From assembly GCF_004010195.1 (NCBI RefSeq), contig NC_057746.1, forward strand, positions 9,057,631 through 9,104,674: 47,044 bases of DNA, in the 5' to 3' direction. Under the pieces are notes generated by a model. The model had not been told where the DNA came from and did no database searches. It saw only the letters and a list, made by a program, of their open reading frames with translations. Positions 34,397-46,462 of this stretch are shown in pieces. Position 1 is the stretch's first letter. Each line of letters opens with the position of its first letter. The stretch is from Chiloscyllium plagiosum (lineage: Eukaryota). Made by a program: the position numbers and the translations under genes.

Positions 34397-35402
34397 TGTC
34401 CAACGTGTACAGGAGGGTTTCCTGACACAGTATGTCGAAGGGCCGACAAGAGGGGAGGCCACACTGGGTCTGGTGCTTGGTAATGAACCAGGTCAGGTGT
34501 TTGATTTAGTTGGAGGTGGGCACTTTGGAGAGAGTGACCATAATTCAGTTAGGTTTAGTTTAGCGATGGAAAGGGATAGGTACATGCCACAGGGCAAGAG
34601 TTATCGATGGGCCAAGGGCAATTATAATGCGATTAGGCAAGAATTAGGATGCATAGAATGGGATAGCAAAATGCAGGTGATGCAGACAATGGAAATGTGG
34701 AGCTGGTTTAAGGAACAGATATTGCCTGTCCTTGATAGGTATGTCCCTGTCAGGTAGGGAGGAAGTGATAAGGTAAGGGAACTGTGGTTTACAACAGAAA
34801 TTGCATCTCTTGTTAAGCAGAAGAAGGAGGCTTATGTGTTGATGAGGCAAGATGGTTCAGATGAGGCGATGGAGAGTTACAGATCAGCTAGGAAGGATTT
34901 AAAGAGAGAGTAAAGAAGAGCAAACAGAGGACACGAGCAGTCTTTAGCAGATAGAATAAAGGAGAATCCTAAAGCTTTCTGTAGGTGTGTGAGGAATAAA
35001 AGGATGATTAGGGTAGGAATGGGGCCAATCAAAGACAGAAGTTGAGTGTGGACCCTGTGGAGATCGGAGAGGTGCTAAATGAACATTTCTCATTGGTTTT
35101 CACTCAGGAAAAGGAGAATATTGTAGAGGAGAAGAATGAGATACGAGATATTAGACTAGAAAGGATCGAGGTTAGTTACGAACAAGTGTTATCAATTCTA
35201 GAGGGAGAGAAAGTAGATAAGTCTCCTGGGCCAGATGGGATTTATCCGAGGATTCTCTGGGAAGCTAGGGAGGAGATAGCAGAGCCTTTGGTTTTGATAT
35301 TTGAGTCGTCATTGTCTCCAGGTTTAGTACCAAAGGACTGGAGGATTGCAAATGTTGTGCCTTGTTCAAGAAGGGCAGCAGAGATGACCCAGATAATTAT
35401 AG

Positions 35403-35492
35403 TTGAAACTTTATTGCTGGAACAGCACAGCAGGTCAGGCAGCATCCAGGGAACAGGAGATTCGACGTTTCGGGCACAGGCCCTTCTTCAGG
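35403..35492 (-). mobile_element. 90-bp Penelope-type terminal-repeat insertion with 8-bp TSD
   Basis: AATTATAG at 35395-35402 and 35493-35500; it splits the CR1 NYRPVS motif. Confidence 0.85.
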
Positions 35493-35495
35493 AAT
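35460..35495 (-). ncRNA. Minimal type I hammerhead ribozyme motif
   Basis: Reverse complement ATTC CTGAAGA A GGGC CTGT GCCC GAAA CG TC GAAT: CUGANGA and GAAA core, 4-bp stem II, 4-bp stem I, palindromic ACGU at stem III, GUC cleavage triplet. Confidence 0.7.
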
Positions 35496-35727
35496 TATAG
35501 ACCAGTGAGCCTTACTTCTGTTATAGGAAAGGTTTTGGAAAGGATTATAAGGGATAAGATTTATAATGATCTAGCAAGCAACAATTTGATTTCAGATAGT
35601 CAACATGGTTTTGTCAAGGGCAGGTCGTGTCTCACAAACCTCATTGAGTTTTTTGAGAAGGTGACCAAGCATGTAGATGAGGGTAGGGCAGTTGGCGTGG
35701 TATACTTGGACTTCAGTAAAGCCTTTG

Positions 35728-36227
35728 NNNNNNNNNNNNNNNNNNNNNNNNNNNNNNNNNNNNNNNNNNNNNNNNNNNNNNNNNNNNNNNNNNNNNNNNN
35801 NNNNNNNNNNNNNNNNNNNNNNNNNNNNNNNNNNNNNNNNNNNNNNNNNNNNNNNNNNNNNNNNNNNNNNNNNNNNNNNNNNNNNNNNNNNNNNNNNNNN
35901 NNNNNNNNNNNNNNNNNNNNNNNNNNNNNNNNNNNNNNNNNNNNNNNNNNNNNNNNNNNNNNNNNNNNNNNNNNNNNNNNNNNNNNNNNNNNNNNNNNNN
36001 NNNNNNNNNNNNNNNNNNNNNNNNNNNNNNNNNNNNNNNNNNNNNNNNNNNNNNNNNNNNNNNNNNNNNNNNNNNNNNNNNNNNNNNNNNNNNNNNNNNN
36101 NNNNNNNNNNNNNNNNNNNNNNNNNNNNNNNNNNNNNNNNNNNNNNNNNNNNNNNNNNNNNNNNNNNNNNNNNNNNNNNNNNNNNNNNNNNNNNNNNNNN
36201 NNNNNNNNNNNNNNNNNNNNNNNNNNN
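35728..36227. other. Assembly gap (500 N, probably a placeholder of unknown size)
   Basis: Run of N; the flanks belong to different elements. Confidence 0.99.
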
Positions 36228-36425
36228 AGCTGGGAATTTGTGTTGCAGACGTTTCGTCCCCTGTCTAGGTGACATCCTCAGTGCTTGGGAGCCTCCTGTG
36301 AAGCGCTTCTGTGGTGTTTCCTCCGGCATTTATAGTGGTTTGTCCCTGCCGCTTCCGGTTGTCAGTTCGGTGAACAGAACCATAATAATGAGCACCCGAG
36401 CTACCAATCCTCTCACAAACTATTA
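36228..36425 (-). mobile_element. Penelope terminal repeat with hammerhead motif (36245-36284)
   Basis: Reverse complement GCA CTGAGGA T GTCACCT AGAC AGGGGAC GAAA CG TC TGC; same family as 34200-34396, with a short + oriented tail after 36365. Confidence 0.75.
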
Positions 36426-36759
36426 ATTATTGCTTTAAAAAGGTCAGGAAGTTTTACTTTCAAGGTTGTTTTTTCTTGCCATTAGTACATAAATACATTT
36501 CATCCATTTTGTTTATTATCTAGACAAATGTATTCTCCCAGAGGTACCTGGCAATCTATCAGGTATTTGCTTTGCAAATGTGGCTCCCAATTGTTTTACT
36601 TTAGGTGCAAGGTTATTCAGGTGAAAAAGCTTAGTGACCCCTAAACTGCACTGAGTGTGTGTTACGCTCTGTCTTGTGCCCCTGGGCCCCCATTCCAATA
36701 TTAACATTCAGCTGCACATCTAGCCCTAGTTGTTACACCCTTAGCACCATTCGTCACCC

Positions 36760-37390
36760 GGTTACTCCTGCACATCTCATTTCTCAATTTCTCAGACCTG
36801 AACGCCTCACTCCTGCGTTTGTCACTCCTGCACCCTTAACTCTATATTCCTCAATGTACTCCACTCCACACCCTTCACTGCTGCAGCCTCTACTCACTGC
36901 TTCACCCCTCGCTGCCACAATCTCCTCCTCTACAACTCTCTTGCATCTGTCAATCCTGCACCACTCAGTGCCAGATCCCTCAATCCTGAATCCCTCACCG
37001 CTGCACCCCTCACTCCTGTAGCACTCACGCTTAGACAGGTACATGGATGGGATACGTGTGGAGGGATATGGACCAAACACAGGCAAGTGGGACAAGTTTA
37101 CTTGTGAAAACTGGGCTGCATGAGCAAGTTAGGCCTGTTGCCATGCTGTAGGTCGCGATGACACTCATTAACGTACCCCTCGTTCCTGTACAACATAATG
37201 CTTCACCACTCAGTCCTGCACCTTTCAGTTTTTCACCCCTCAGTCTGCCACCCTCACTTCTGCACACCCCCCGCCTCCTCACTGTTCCACCCTCGCTGCA
37301 CCCTTCACTGTCTCTACCTTTCATTCCTACACCCATCCCTTTGGACCCCTCACTGTCTTAAGTCTTCACTTCTCACTGCCACATCTTTCT
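36760..37390. repeat. C/T-rich low-complexity degenerate repeat (cacccctcactcctg-like), with a small CR1 3' piece at about 37030-37150
   Basis: Recurrent ctcact/ctgcacc motifs. Confidence 0.6.
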
Positions 37391-37393
37391 TTC

Positions 37394-37737
37394 GTAGAAT
37401 CCATACACAGTGGAAACAGGCATTCAGCCCATCGAGTCCACACCAACCCTCCGGAAAGCATTCCGCCCATATCCACGTCACTACCCTATCCCCATTTCCT
37501 ATTGCTAATCCAATTGAACTACACGGCCCTGGGCATGATGAACAATGTAGAATGGCCGGTCCACCCTAACCTGCACAGCTTTGGATTGTTGGAGGAAACC
37601 AGAGCACCCGGAGGAAACCCCACACAGACACAGGAAGAATGTGCATACTCCACAGATACAGGTGCCCGAGGGTGGAATCGAACCTGGTTCACTGACGCTG
37701 TGAGGCAGTAGTGCTAACCACTGTACCCCCATGTCGC
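37394..37737 (-). mobile_element. tRNA-derived SINE
   Basis: Reverse-complement head with B box ggttcgattcc and family body. Confidence 0.85.
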
Positions 37738-37796
37738 CCTGCTGTCCTCAATCCTCCATCCTTCACTTTTCCAACACTTACTTCTCAACCACTCAC

Positions 37797-39172
37797 CGAC
37801 CGATTAGCCGAACCTCGGTCATGGGTAAGATCCTGGAATCCATTGTGGAGGATGAGATTTCTGAATACCTGGAAATGTTTGTTAAAATAGGGCAAATACA
37901 GCATGGTTTCATCAAGGGGAGGTCATGCCTAACAAATCTTCTAGGATTCTTCGAGGAAGCAACAAGCAGGTTAGAGCAAGGAGAGCCAATGGATGTTATC
38001 TACCTGAACCTCAAGGAGGCCTTTGACAAGGTGCCCCACAGGAGACTGCTGAGTCAGATATGGGTCCATGGTGTTAGAGACAAGGTGCTAGCATGGATAG
38101 AAGCTTGGCTGTCTGGCAGGAAGCAGAGAGTGGGGATAAAAGGGTCCTTCTCAGGATGGAAGCCAGTGACAAATGGTGTTCCACAAGGGTCAGTGTTGGG
38201 ACCACAACTTTTCACTGTATGCATGAACGACCTAGATAAAGGAACTACGAGCATTCTGGCTAAGTTTGCAGACAATAAAAAGATAGGTGGAGGGAAAGGT
38301 AGCATTGAGGAGGCGCGGAGGCTGCAGAAGGATTTGGACAGGTTAGAAGAGTGGGCAAAGAAGTGGCAGTTGGAGTACAACATGGGAAAGTGTGAGCTCA
38401 TGCACTTTGGTAGGAAGATTAGAGGCAAGGACTATTTTCTAAATGGGGAGAAAATTCAGAAGTCTGAATTGCAGAGAGACTTGAGAGTTCTAATCCAGGA
38501 TTCTCTCAAGGTAAACTTGCAGGTTGAGTCAGTGGTAAGGAAGGAAGGTGCAATGATGGCATTTATTTTGAGAGGGCTTGAATATAAAAGCAGGGATGTA
38601 TTTCTGAGGTTCTATGATGATCTGGTCAGGCCACATTTGGAGTATTGTTTGCTGTTTTGGGCCCTGTAGCTCAGGAAGGAAGGGGAAGTTCATGAGAATG
38701 GTCTCGGCAATGAAAAGCTTAACATATGAGGAACATTTGAGGAGTCTGGGTCTAAACCCGATGGAGTTTAGAAGGATGAGGGCGATCTAGTCGAAACTTA
38801 CAGAATACGGAATGGTCTGGACAGAGTGGATGTTGGGGAAATGCTTCCATTGGTAGGAGAGACCAGGACCCGAGGGCGTAGCCTTAGAGTAAAAGGGAAA
38901 ACTCTTTAGAATGGAGATAAGGAGAAACTTCTTCAGCCAGAGCGTAGTGAATCTATGGAATTCACTACCACAGAGGGCTGTGGAGGCCGAGTCATTGAGT
39001 ATATTTAAAATGGAGATAGATAGGTTCTTGACTGTCAAGGGGATCAAGGGTTACAGGGAGAAAGCGGGAGAATGGCGTTGAGAAACTTATCAGCCATGAT
39101 TGTATGGCGGAGTAGACTCAATGGGCTGAATGGCCTAACTTTTGCTCTTGTGGTTTATGGTCTTTTGGTCTT
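37797..39172 (+). mobile_element. 5'-truncated CR1 LINE (RT and 3' UTR)
   Basis: QHGFIKGRSCLTNL, AFDKVPH, GVPQGSVLGP, KFADN and LVRPHLEYC; ends in a (tatggtct)n-like tail. Confidence 0.95.
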
Positions 39173-39309
39173 ATTTCTCTCTTTCTTTTCCTACCATTTT
39201 GCAGTCCCCATCAATTGCCTGTAACATTGATAAGGGGAAAGTAATTGATCGGTGGGTAATTGAATTTATCATATTCATTCCAACTGGATGAAATCATTTG
39301 CAAAATTTA

Positions 39310-40500
39310 TGAATGGCAGGCCAGCTCAGCCAAGCAACATGTCCATCCTGCGATATGTGGGAAGCCATGGGTGCACCATATGTCTCAGATGAATGTGCCT
39401 ACAGAAGTGTAACCAACTGTAGCAGCTTGAAATCGGAGTTTTGCAAGTGGTGGCTAGACTTACAGCTATGCAGCGTCAGACAGAGAACCATGTGTATAAC
39501 ATGGATAAGGAAGTAGTTACACCACATGGCAGTGGAGTGTGGTCAAGAGGAAATCACCCTCAGCAGTATTCAAAGTGGAAAACTGATTCACGGGCAATGT
39601 GGAAGTTCCCTGGTTCGATCTTGTTTGGATACTGGTGACAGCATTGGTCCCTCAGGCGAGTGCGACTGCAGCCCAGTCTGTGGCACCTCTAGGCATGCAG
39701 CTAAGTGGGAGAGGCTGAAAAAGTGTGCAAGAGTGATGGTGGTAAAGGATTCCATATTCAGGGGAACAAACCAGCATTTCCGAAGCGGTAAACGTGACTC
39801 CAGGATGGTGAGGTACCTCCTTGTTTCCAGGGTCAAGAATGTTCCAGAACATCTGCAGGGCATCCTTCTCCTGGATGGTAAACAGCAAAGGTTATGGTCT
39901 ACATTGGTATCAACGACACAGATTGGAACAGAGATGAGGTCTTGGAAAGAATATTGTAGAGAGTTCAGGAGGATTTTTTTTAAAACAAGGAGGAGATTAG
40001 GAGCAGTTATCTGATGATTACTCCCAGTGCTACAAGCATAGGATTAGAAAGTTGGATCGATTGAACACTTGACTAGAGCATTCATGTGGGAGGGAGGCAG
40101 CAGATATTGGGGTCAGTTCTAGGGCAGGACAGACAGATGCAAACTTCACGAGTTGCACCTTAACAGGACCGGGACTGAGAAGGAGATTTGCAATTGCTGA
40201 AAGATGTCATCTGACTCAGGGAAGCAGAGGAATAGCGCAAATTGGAAGGAGGCAAAACTGGTAACAGGAAATGAAAAAGTGGCAAGTGAAATTAGAAGGA
40301 GGTGATTTGCAGTCCAGTATCAACTTAGCTTAGATTCTAAAATGACAAGGTTAATGGCTGTCTACCTCAGTACATGTAGCATTCGCAATCAGATAAATGA
40401 TTTAAATGCACAAATAGAGGTAAGTGTGCATGATCTAATCGCCATTGTGGAAATGCGGCTATGAGATGACAAAAATGGCAACTGAATATTTGAGGACATT
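39310..40500 (+). mobile_element. Old degenerate CR1 5' part (ORF1 esterase and start of endonuclease)
   Basis: CPSCDMW, KDSIFRG, RDSRMVxxLxxxRV, HIGIND and DLIAIVE remnants. Confidence 0.7.
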
Positions 40501-40503
40501 TAA

Positions 40504-41755
40504 CATAGAGTTATGGAGTCTTCGAGCACAGAAGCAGACCCTTCGGTCTAACCAGTCCAGGCTGATCATAATCGGAAAATTCAACTAGTTCCACCTGCCT
40601 GTACTTGGCCTATATCCCTCCAAACATTTCTTAATCATGTACTTTTCTAAACATCTTTTAAACATTGTAACTCTACCTGCATCCAACACATCATCTGAAA
40701 GTTCATTCCACATGCAAACCACGCTATATGGAAAAAGTTGCCCCCATGTCTTTTTAAAATCTTTCTCCTCTCACCTGAAGAATATGCCTCATGCTCTTGA
40801 AATGCCCATCCTGGGGAAAATCACTCACCTTATCCATACCTGTCGGAGAAATTCAGCCCAGTGGATCAGAGACCACAAGGGAGAAATTGACAAGTGGTTT
40901 AATGTATGAAGCGATATTGCAGAAGAGAAGTTGACCAGGCTGACACAGAACTGATTCTCTGCACAGATGGTCAGATGCAATTCCCTGAGTGGAAGATACA
41001 GGAAGGCTTTATAGGGGTACAACACAAAGGTGAGAATTGTAAACCAGTTACAGTACAATGCTGAAAATTGTGAAGTGACTAAAACAAGAATAAACTGAAT
41101 GGAAATTAATCAAACGTCCGGCAGGAACAATTCATTTGTAATTGACAGGGGAGATTCCGGCCATCTCCATGAGTGGGTGACAATGTCTTCTACAGGACTC
41201 TTCACTGTATTTCCTGTCCATGCGAATATGTGTAAATGCCCCTTCTCCTGGCATTCAGGTCTGTCCATGGTGTTCTCCTGTAAGCAAAATCTTCCGGGGC
41301 CTCTCGGTTTGCCTGCTTGTTTATGCGGTACAGTTTCAATGGGAAATCAACCTGCCCTTCAGGCATTGGGACCGCCGTGCTAATCTGTGCTGGAAGCTTT
41401 ACTGCGAAGGCTGTTTGGGAAGTGTATTCTCTGGTCTGGGAGTAGCTTGGCCATGTCTGGTTTCTTTGTTAGCCTGTTTGGCCAAGCCTGAGGCATTGTG
41501 AGTGTTGGCAGCTTTGATCTCTGTGTTTCTCATTTGGTCATGCTGTGGGTGGGCAGGGTAGCAGATCTTTCTCCCACCATACCTTGCCTGATTTTATAAA
41601 ACTCTGTAACGTCACCCCTCAATCACCTACACTCCAGTTAAAAAGGTCCCAGACTATCCAGCCTCTCCTCATAATTCAAACCCTCCATTCCTGGCAACAT
41701 CCAGGGAAATCTCTTCTGAACCCTCTCCAAATTAATAATAACCTTCCTATTACAG
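40504..41755 (-). mobile_element. CR1 3' fragment split by a solo LTR
   Basis: CR1 3' sequence at 40504-40840 resumes at 41580-41755. Confidence 0.75.
40841..41579 (-). mobile_element. Solo LTR (739 bp), 4-bp TSD TACC
   Basis: TGTCGGAGAAA...TTTCTCCCACCA termini; TACC at 40837-40840 and 41580-41583. The minus strand has TATAAA (about 41010) upstream of ATTAAA (about 40900). Confidence 0.75.
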
Positions 41756-42389
41756 TTTAACAATCAATGAAAATAACGGGAAATCCCTCATTCCTGTGAC
41801 CATTCAAGTAAATCCCGTCTGTATTTTTTTTCCCAAGTGATCACGTCCTTCCTAATACGCAGAATGTGGACTTTTCTGGCTGGATCAGCAATTATTGCCC
41901 GTCCCTAATTGGCCTTGCGAAGGTGGTAGTGAGCTACTTTCTTGAACTGCTGCAGTCTGTGTGCTGTAGTGTCTTGAATTAAAGGCAGTCCTTCAACTAT
42001 CATAGGTAAGTTTCGCATAACTTTGTATCTACCTTACTTTATCCCTCTACCTGTCAAGCCCATGATTAGAAATACTTTATTAACTGTTTTGTTAGCCTGT
42101 TCTGTCATGTTTGTATCCAAGTCTCTCTAAGTTGCCCTATCCTTCCATACCGTTTTAACAATATTGACTTAGTTACAAATCACACAACACCAGGTTATAG
42201 TCCAACAGGTTTAATTGGAAGCACTAGCGTCCAGCTGCGGAGCACTTACAGGATCGGTATCCCTCTATTCCCTTCCTATTCATATATTCATCAAGGTGCT
42301 TCTTGAACGCTGCTATTCTGTCTGCTTCTAACACTCCTCTGGCAGCGTGGTCCAGGCACTCACCACCTTCTGTGTGAGAAACATCTCTT

Positions 42390-43100
42390 TTCTCTTACTG
42401 GAAAATGTTTATTCGTTTACAAAAATTTTTTAAATACAAAGATGCAGAAGAATAGAGCTAATGCAACATTATTATGTTACAGTAATATTAGCAATAAACC
42501 ACCTACAGGATACAGTCAACTATACTTACATAACACAAATTAAACTAAAATGAAATGAAATGAAATGAAATTACGTTACATTACATTACTCCACCTGTCA
42601 CACCTCCACCGACGCTCCCATCCACAGCAGCAACAGTTATTATACCTGTATTTATCCTCCTCCCCCTGGTTCCCTAGACTGCCAGATCTGTCCTCCATGG
42701 CTATACAAAGGCCCTAGTCAGTATCACCAACAAATCCGTGTCTATGTAATTTAAAAAGGGCTGCCCCATCTTATAAAATCGCTCTGTTCCATGTGCGGCA
42801 TACTTGTCAGATAGTCCTGGGGAATGTGCTCCATCACGAGTCTGCGTCACCTCGCAAGGTCTGGGGGGGTTTTCTGATGTCCAGTTCACTAGAATGTTCT
42901 ACCTCACACAGTGTTAAATAACCTCTTCCCATGCTCACCCAGAGAAGGCAGATTCGGTAATCCCAAAAGAAGAGAAACCTCAAGTTCAATGCCCAGGATC
43001 TTCTCCAACTCATTCACTATGGCACTCTAGTATCCATGAATCTTGCAACAGGACCAGAAACAATGTGTAAGGGTGCCTGTGCTAAATTTACATCTAGGAC
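42390..43100 (-). mobile_element. L1-like 3' fragment nested in a CR1
   Basis: Minus-strand NWTSENPP...FYKMGQPFLNYIDTDLLVILTRAFV*, with (aaatg)n/(acatt)n in the 3' part. Confidence 0.7.
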
Positions 43101-44265
43101 ATCCTGCACACGTCTCTTTTAAACATCCCCTCCCCCCTGCACTTTGAACCTGTGTCCCCTATGTTAGAAATGGGGTAAAGTGTTGTTTTTACAGATATAG
43201 AAAAAGCACTCAGAAAAGGGGTTCAGCAAGAGAACTATTAACCCTGCAGGTATTTAGGGAAGAGTATCTCTACTTTTCAGTGCATAATTATGGATAATTA
43301 AGTACTAACTTTAATGTAGATTTATTAAAGAAAATAATTCCTTTTACCATAATGTTTAAAACAACAGTTTCAGCAAAAAGCTAAGATTACTGAAACATAG
43401 AAGCGAAGCACGAAAAAGATACATTGTTAAGATGTATGTACAAGAATGGAATGTACCTAGAGATAATGAAAGAAGTTACAAAGGGCAAACATGGAGATAA
43501 GAGTTTAGCCATATGAGACAGCACGTGCAAGGGGGAAATTGCCAACTTGGAAAGAAAGGGGCAATGGGCGTGGAGCATAGATGGGTAGAGGTGAAATAGT
43601 AAGAGAGCTTGGGTAATTAGGAGTCTGGAGAGATTACCTCACTCAGCTCAAAGGGTATAACTGTACACTAACCTCAGTTCTAATTTGCTTTCATTTGCTT
43701 ATGCAATTGAAGCCCTTACTTGCAAGTTCGTAATAAATTGTCTTGTTTCCAGCTTTAGTGGCCTCGTCTAAATTTTATTGAATTTTGTTTCTAACACCTA
43801 GTAATTGACCCCTCCCCCTGTGAAAAAGCCTCATACTTTCCACTCTATCTATGCCATTCACAATCTTATAAACTTCTACATAAACTTATAACCTCAACCT
43901 CCTGCATTCCAGTGAAAACAAACCCATTTTATCCAACCTTTCTTCATAGCTAAAATCTCTTATAGCAGCCAACATGCTGGTAAACCTTTCCGGGGCTCTC
44001 CGCAAAGCATCCACATCCTTTTGGTGGTTTGGTGACCAGAAATGTATGCAATATTCCAAGTGTGGCCTAACTGAAGTTCTATAAAGCTGCAGCATAACTT
44101 GCTTCTCCTTGTAATCAATGCCCTTTTCAATGAAGGCAAGCCATAGGCCTTTTCAGATCCCTCTGCATATTCAGATCCCTCTGCATTTTAATACTCCTCA
44201 GGGTTCTGCCATTCACTGTATAATTTCTACCTTACTTGATTGTCCTAAGTGCATTACCTCTCATA
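43100..44265 (-). mobile_element. CR1 LINE 3' fragment (host of the solo LTR; its 3' end continues at about 42230-42390)
   Basis: MLQLYRTSVRPHLEYCIHFWSP...YEERLDKMGLFSLE. Confidence 0.85.
43162..43796 (+). mobile_element. Solo LTR (635 bp), 4-bp TSD CCTA
   Basis: TGTTAGAAA...TTTCTAACA perfect inverted termini; CCTA at 43158-43161 and 43797-43800; TATAA at about 43655 and AATAAA at about 43732. Confidence 0.9.
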
Positions 44266-44855
44266 CAATGGTTGACAAACAATTAGAGAAAGTGTACCTG
44301 GCTCAGGAATTAATACAACCTTCTTATGGCTTGTTGAGTGATAGCAGACTATTTTCTTCATCTGCAATCATTACCATCCTCAACACTGCACACTGGTTGT
44401 GCTGACAACACCCGTCTTGCTTGACAACGAGATTGAAGGCTATGGGAGTGGAACAGAATGTAGAGGCCACACTCAGATCAGTCATGAGCTCAGTCAAGGG
44501 CAGAATTGACGCAGGCGACCAAATGGCCTTCCCCTGCTCTTAACGTCTATGTTTGCACATCCATTCTTGCAACTCAGGGGAGAGGAACCGAGCCTTTTGG
44601 AATCGGGAGCGAGTGAAAGAGTTATGGAGGGTGGAGGGTGGGCAGGGGTGTGGAGTTGAGGCTGAAATTAGATCACAGTAAATGCTGGAGCAGGCCCGAG
44701 GGGCTGGATTGCCTCCTCCTGCTTCACATTCCTCCATTTGTATTTCCTTTAGCTGCTTCCGAAAGCCCAATACCGGCTCCTCATTTCATCCCAACCGTTC
44801 AGACAGTGTGATCTCACAGTGTGCATTCCTGTTTACAACTCAGTCCGAAGCACAT

Positions 44856-45033
44856 TTCAGGCAGCATCCGAGGAGCAGGAAAATCGACATTTCGGGCCAG
44901 AATTCCTGATGAAGGGCTCCAGCCCGAAACGACAATTTTCCTGCTCCTTGGATGCTGACTGACCTGCTGCGCTTTTCCAGCACCACATTCTCAACTCTGA
45001 TCTCCAGCATCTGCAGTCCTCACTTTCTCCCAA
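44856..45033 (+). mobile_element. Penelope-type terminal repeat with inverted 5' piece and degenerate hammerhead
   Basis: CTGATGA A GGGC TCCA GCCC GAAACGAC at 44906-44933; possible TSD aagcacat/aagcatat. Confidence 0.75.
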
Positions 45034-45324
45034 AAGCATATCTTGTCACTCATTACATTGCTGGATGTGGGATCTTGCTGTGTGTAAATTGTGATTCCCT
45101 GAAAGTAGAGACTCTTCAATAAAGCACTTTTTGACTCCAAGTGTGGCCTAACTAAAGTTCTATAAAGCCGCAGCATAACTTGGCTATCCTTGTACTCAAT
45201 GCCCTTTCCAACGACACATCCTGAGGCTGTGAAAGATGTTATATCAATAAAGCCCTTTATTGATAGCAATTGTTCAGTTGACCTTAGCATGGATCAGGAG
45301 TGGGGCCACTGTAATAACCTTCTG

Positions 45325-46462
45325 AGCTACAGCCATGGGCACCCGCATGGGCCCCAGCTATGCCTGCCTCTTCGTCGGATAGGTGGAACAGTCCATCTTC
45401 TGCAGCTACACTGGCACCATTCCCCCACATTTTCCTCCGCTACATTGATGACTGTATCGGCGCTACCTCGTGCTCCCACGAGGAGGTTGAACAGTTCATC
45501 CACTTTACCAAAACCTTCCATCCCACCCTCAAATTTACCTGGACCGTCTCAGACTCCTCCCTCCCCTTTCTAGACCTCTCCATTTCTATCTCGGGCGACC
45601 AACTCAACACGGCCTTTTACTATAAACCGACCGACTCCCANNNNNNNNNNNNNNNNNNNNNNNNNNNNNNNNNNNNNNNNNNNNNNNNNNNNNNNNNNNN
45701 NNNNNNNNNNNNNNNNNNNNNNNACTGGTCCTCACCTACCACCCCACCAACCTCCAGATACATCGTATCATCCTTCGTCATTTCCGCCACCTCCAAACAG
45801 ACTCCACCAGCAGGGATATATTTCCCTCCCCTCCCCTATCAGCGCTCCGGAAAGACCACTCCCTCAGCGACTCCCTCGTCAGGTCCACACCCCCCACCAA
45901 CCCAACCTCCACTCCCGGCACCTTCCCCTGCAACCGCAAGAAATGCAAAGCTTACGACACCCCTCCCCCCTCACATCACTCCAAGGCCCCAATGGATCCT
46001 TCCATATCCGTCACAAATTCACCTGCACCTCCACACACATCATTTACTGTATCCGCTGCACCCGACGTGGTCTCTTCTACATTGGGGAGACAGGCCGCCT
46101 ACTTGCGGAACGTTTCCGAGAACACCTCTGGGACACCTGGACCAACCAACCCAACCAACCCAACCCCCCCGTGGTTGAACACTTCAACTCCCCCTCCCAC
46201 TCCACCAAGGACATGCAGGTCCTTGGCCTCCTCCATCGCCAGACCATGGCAACACGACGCCTGGAGAAGGAGCGCCTCATCTTCTGCCTATGACCCCTCC
46301 AACCACGAGGGATGAATGCAGATTTCTCCAGCTTCCTCATTTCCCCTCCCCCCACCTTATCTCAGTCCCAACCCTCGGACTCAGCACACCGCCTTCTTGG
46401 CCTGCAATCTTCTTCCCGACCTCTCTGCCCCCACCCCCTCTCCGCCCTATTACCCTCACCTT
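45325..46462 (+). mobile_element. Penelope-like element, RT and GIY-YIG endonuclease fragment (gap inside)
   Basis: AMGTRMGPSYACLFVG, FLRYIDDCIG, LPFLD and YYKPTDS; CTSTHIIYCIRC...YIGETGRLLAERFREH. Confidence 0.92.

Larger units (their letters stand above)
32330..35727 (+). mobile_element. Near full-length, disabled CR1 LINE (ORF1 with SGNH esterase; ORF2 endonuclease and RT), running into the gap
   Basis: ORF1: CRKC zinc finger, coiled coil, VIGDSIVRG, VHIGTN, DGLHL. ORF2: ARSIQNK, VAISETW, ESDHN, KSPGPDGIYPRIL, NYRPVSLTS, QHGFVKGRSCLTNL, YLDFSKAF. Confidence 0.92.

Noticed and set aside
35403-36426. ORFs of 245-289 aa spanning 35.4-36.4 kb
   Set aside because: Artefacts of reading through the 500-N gap.
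37731-38669. 312-aa RT ORF as a domesticated gene
   Set aside because: Ordinary 5'-truncated CR1 with catalytic FADD changed to FADN and a premature stop.
41060-41545. Possible TRIM RING/B-box exon or novel ORFs
   Set aside because: No Cys/His RING pattern seen on the minus strand; the region lies within a TG...CA solo LTR with a TSD.
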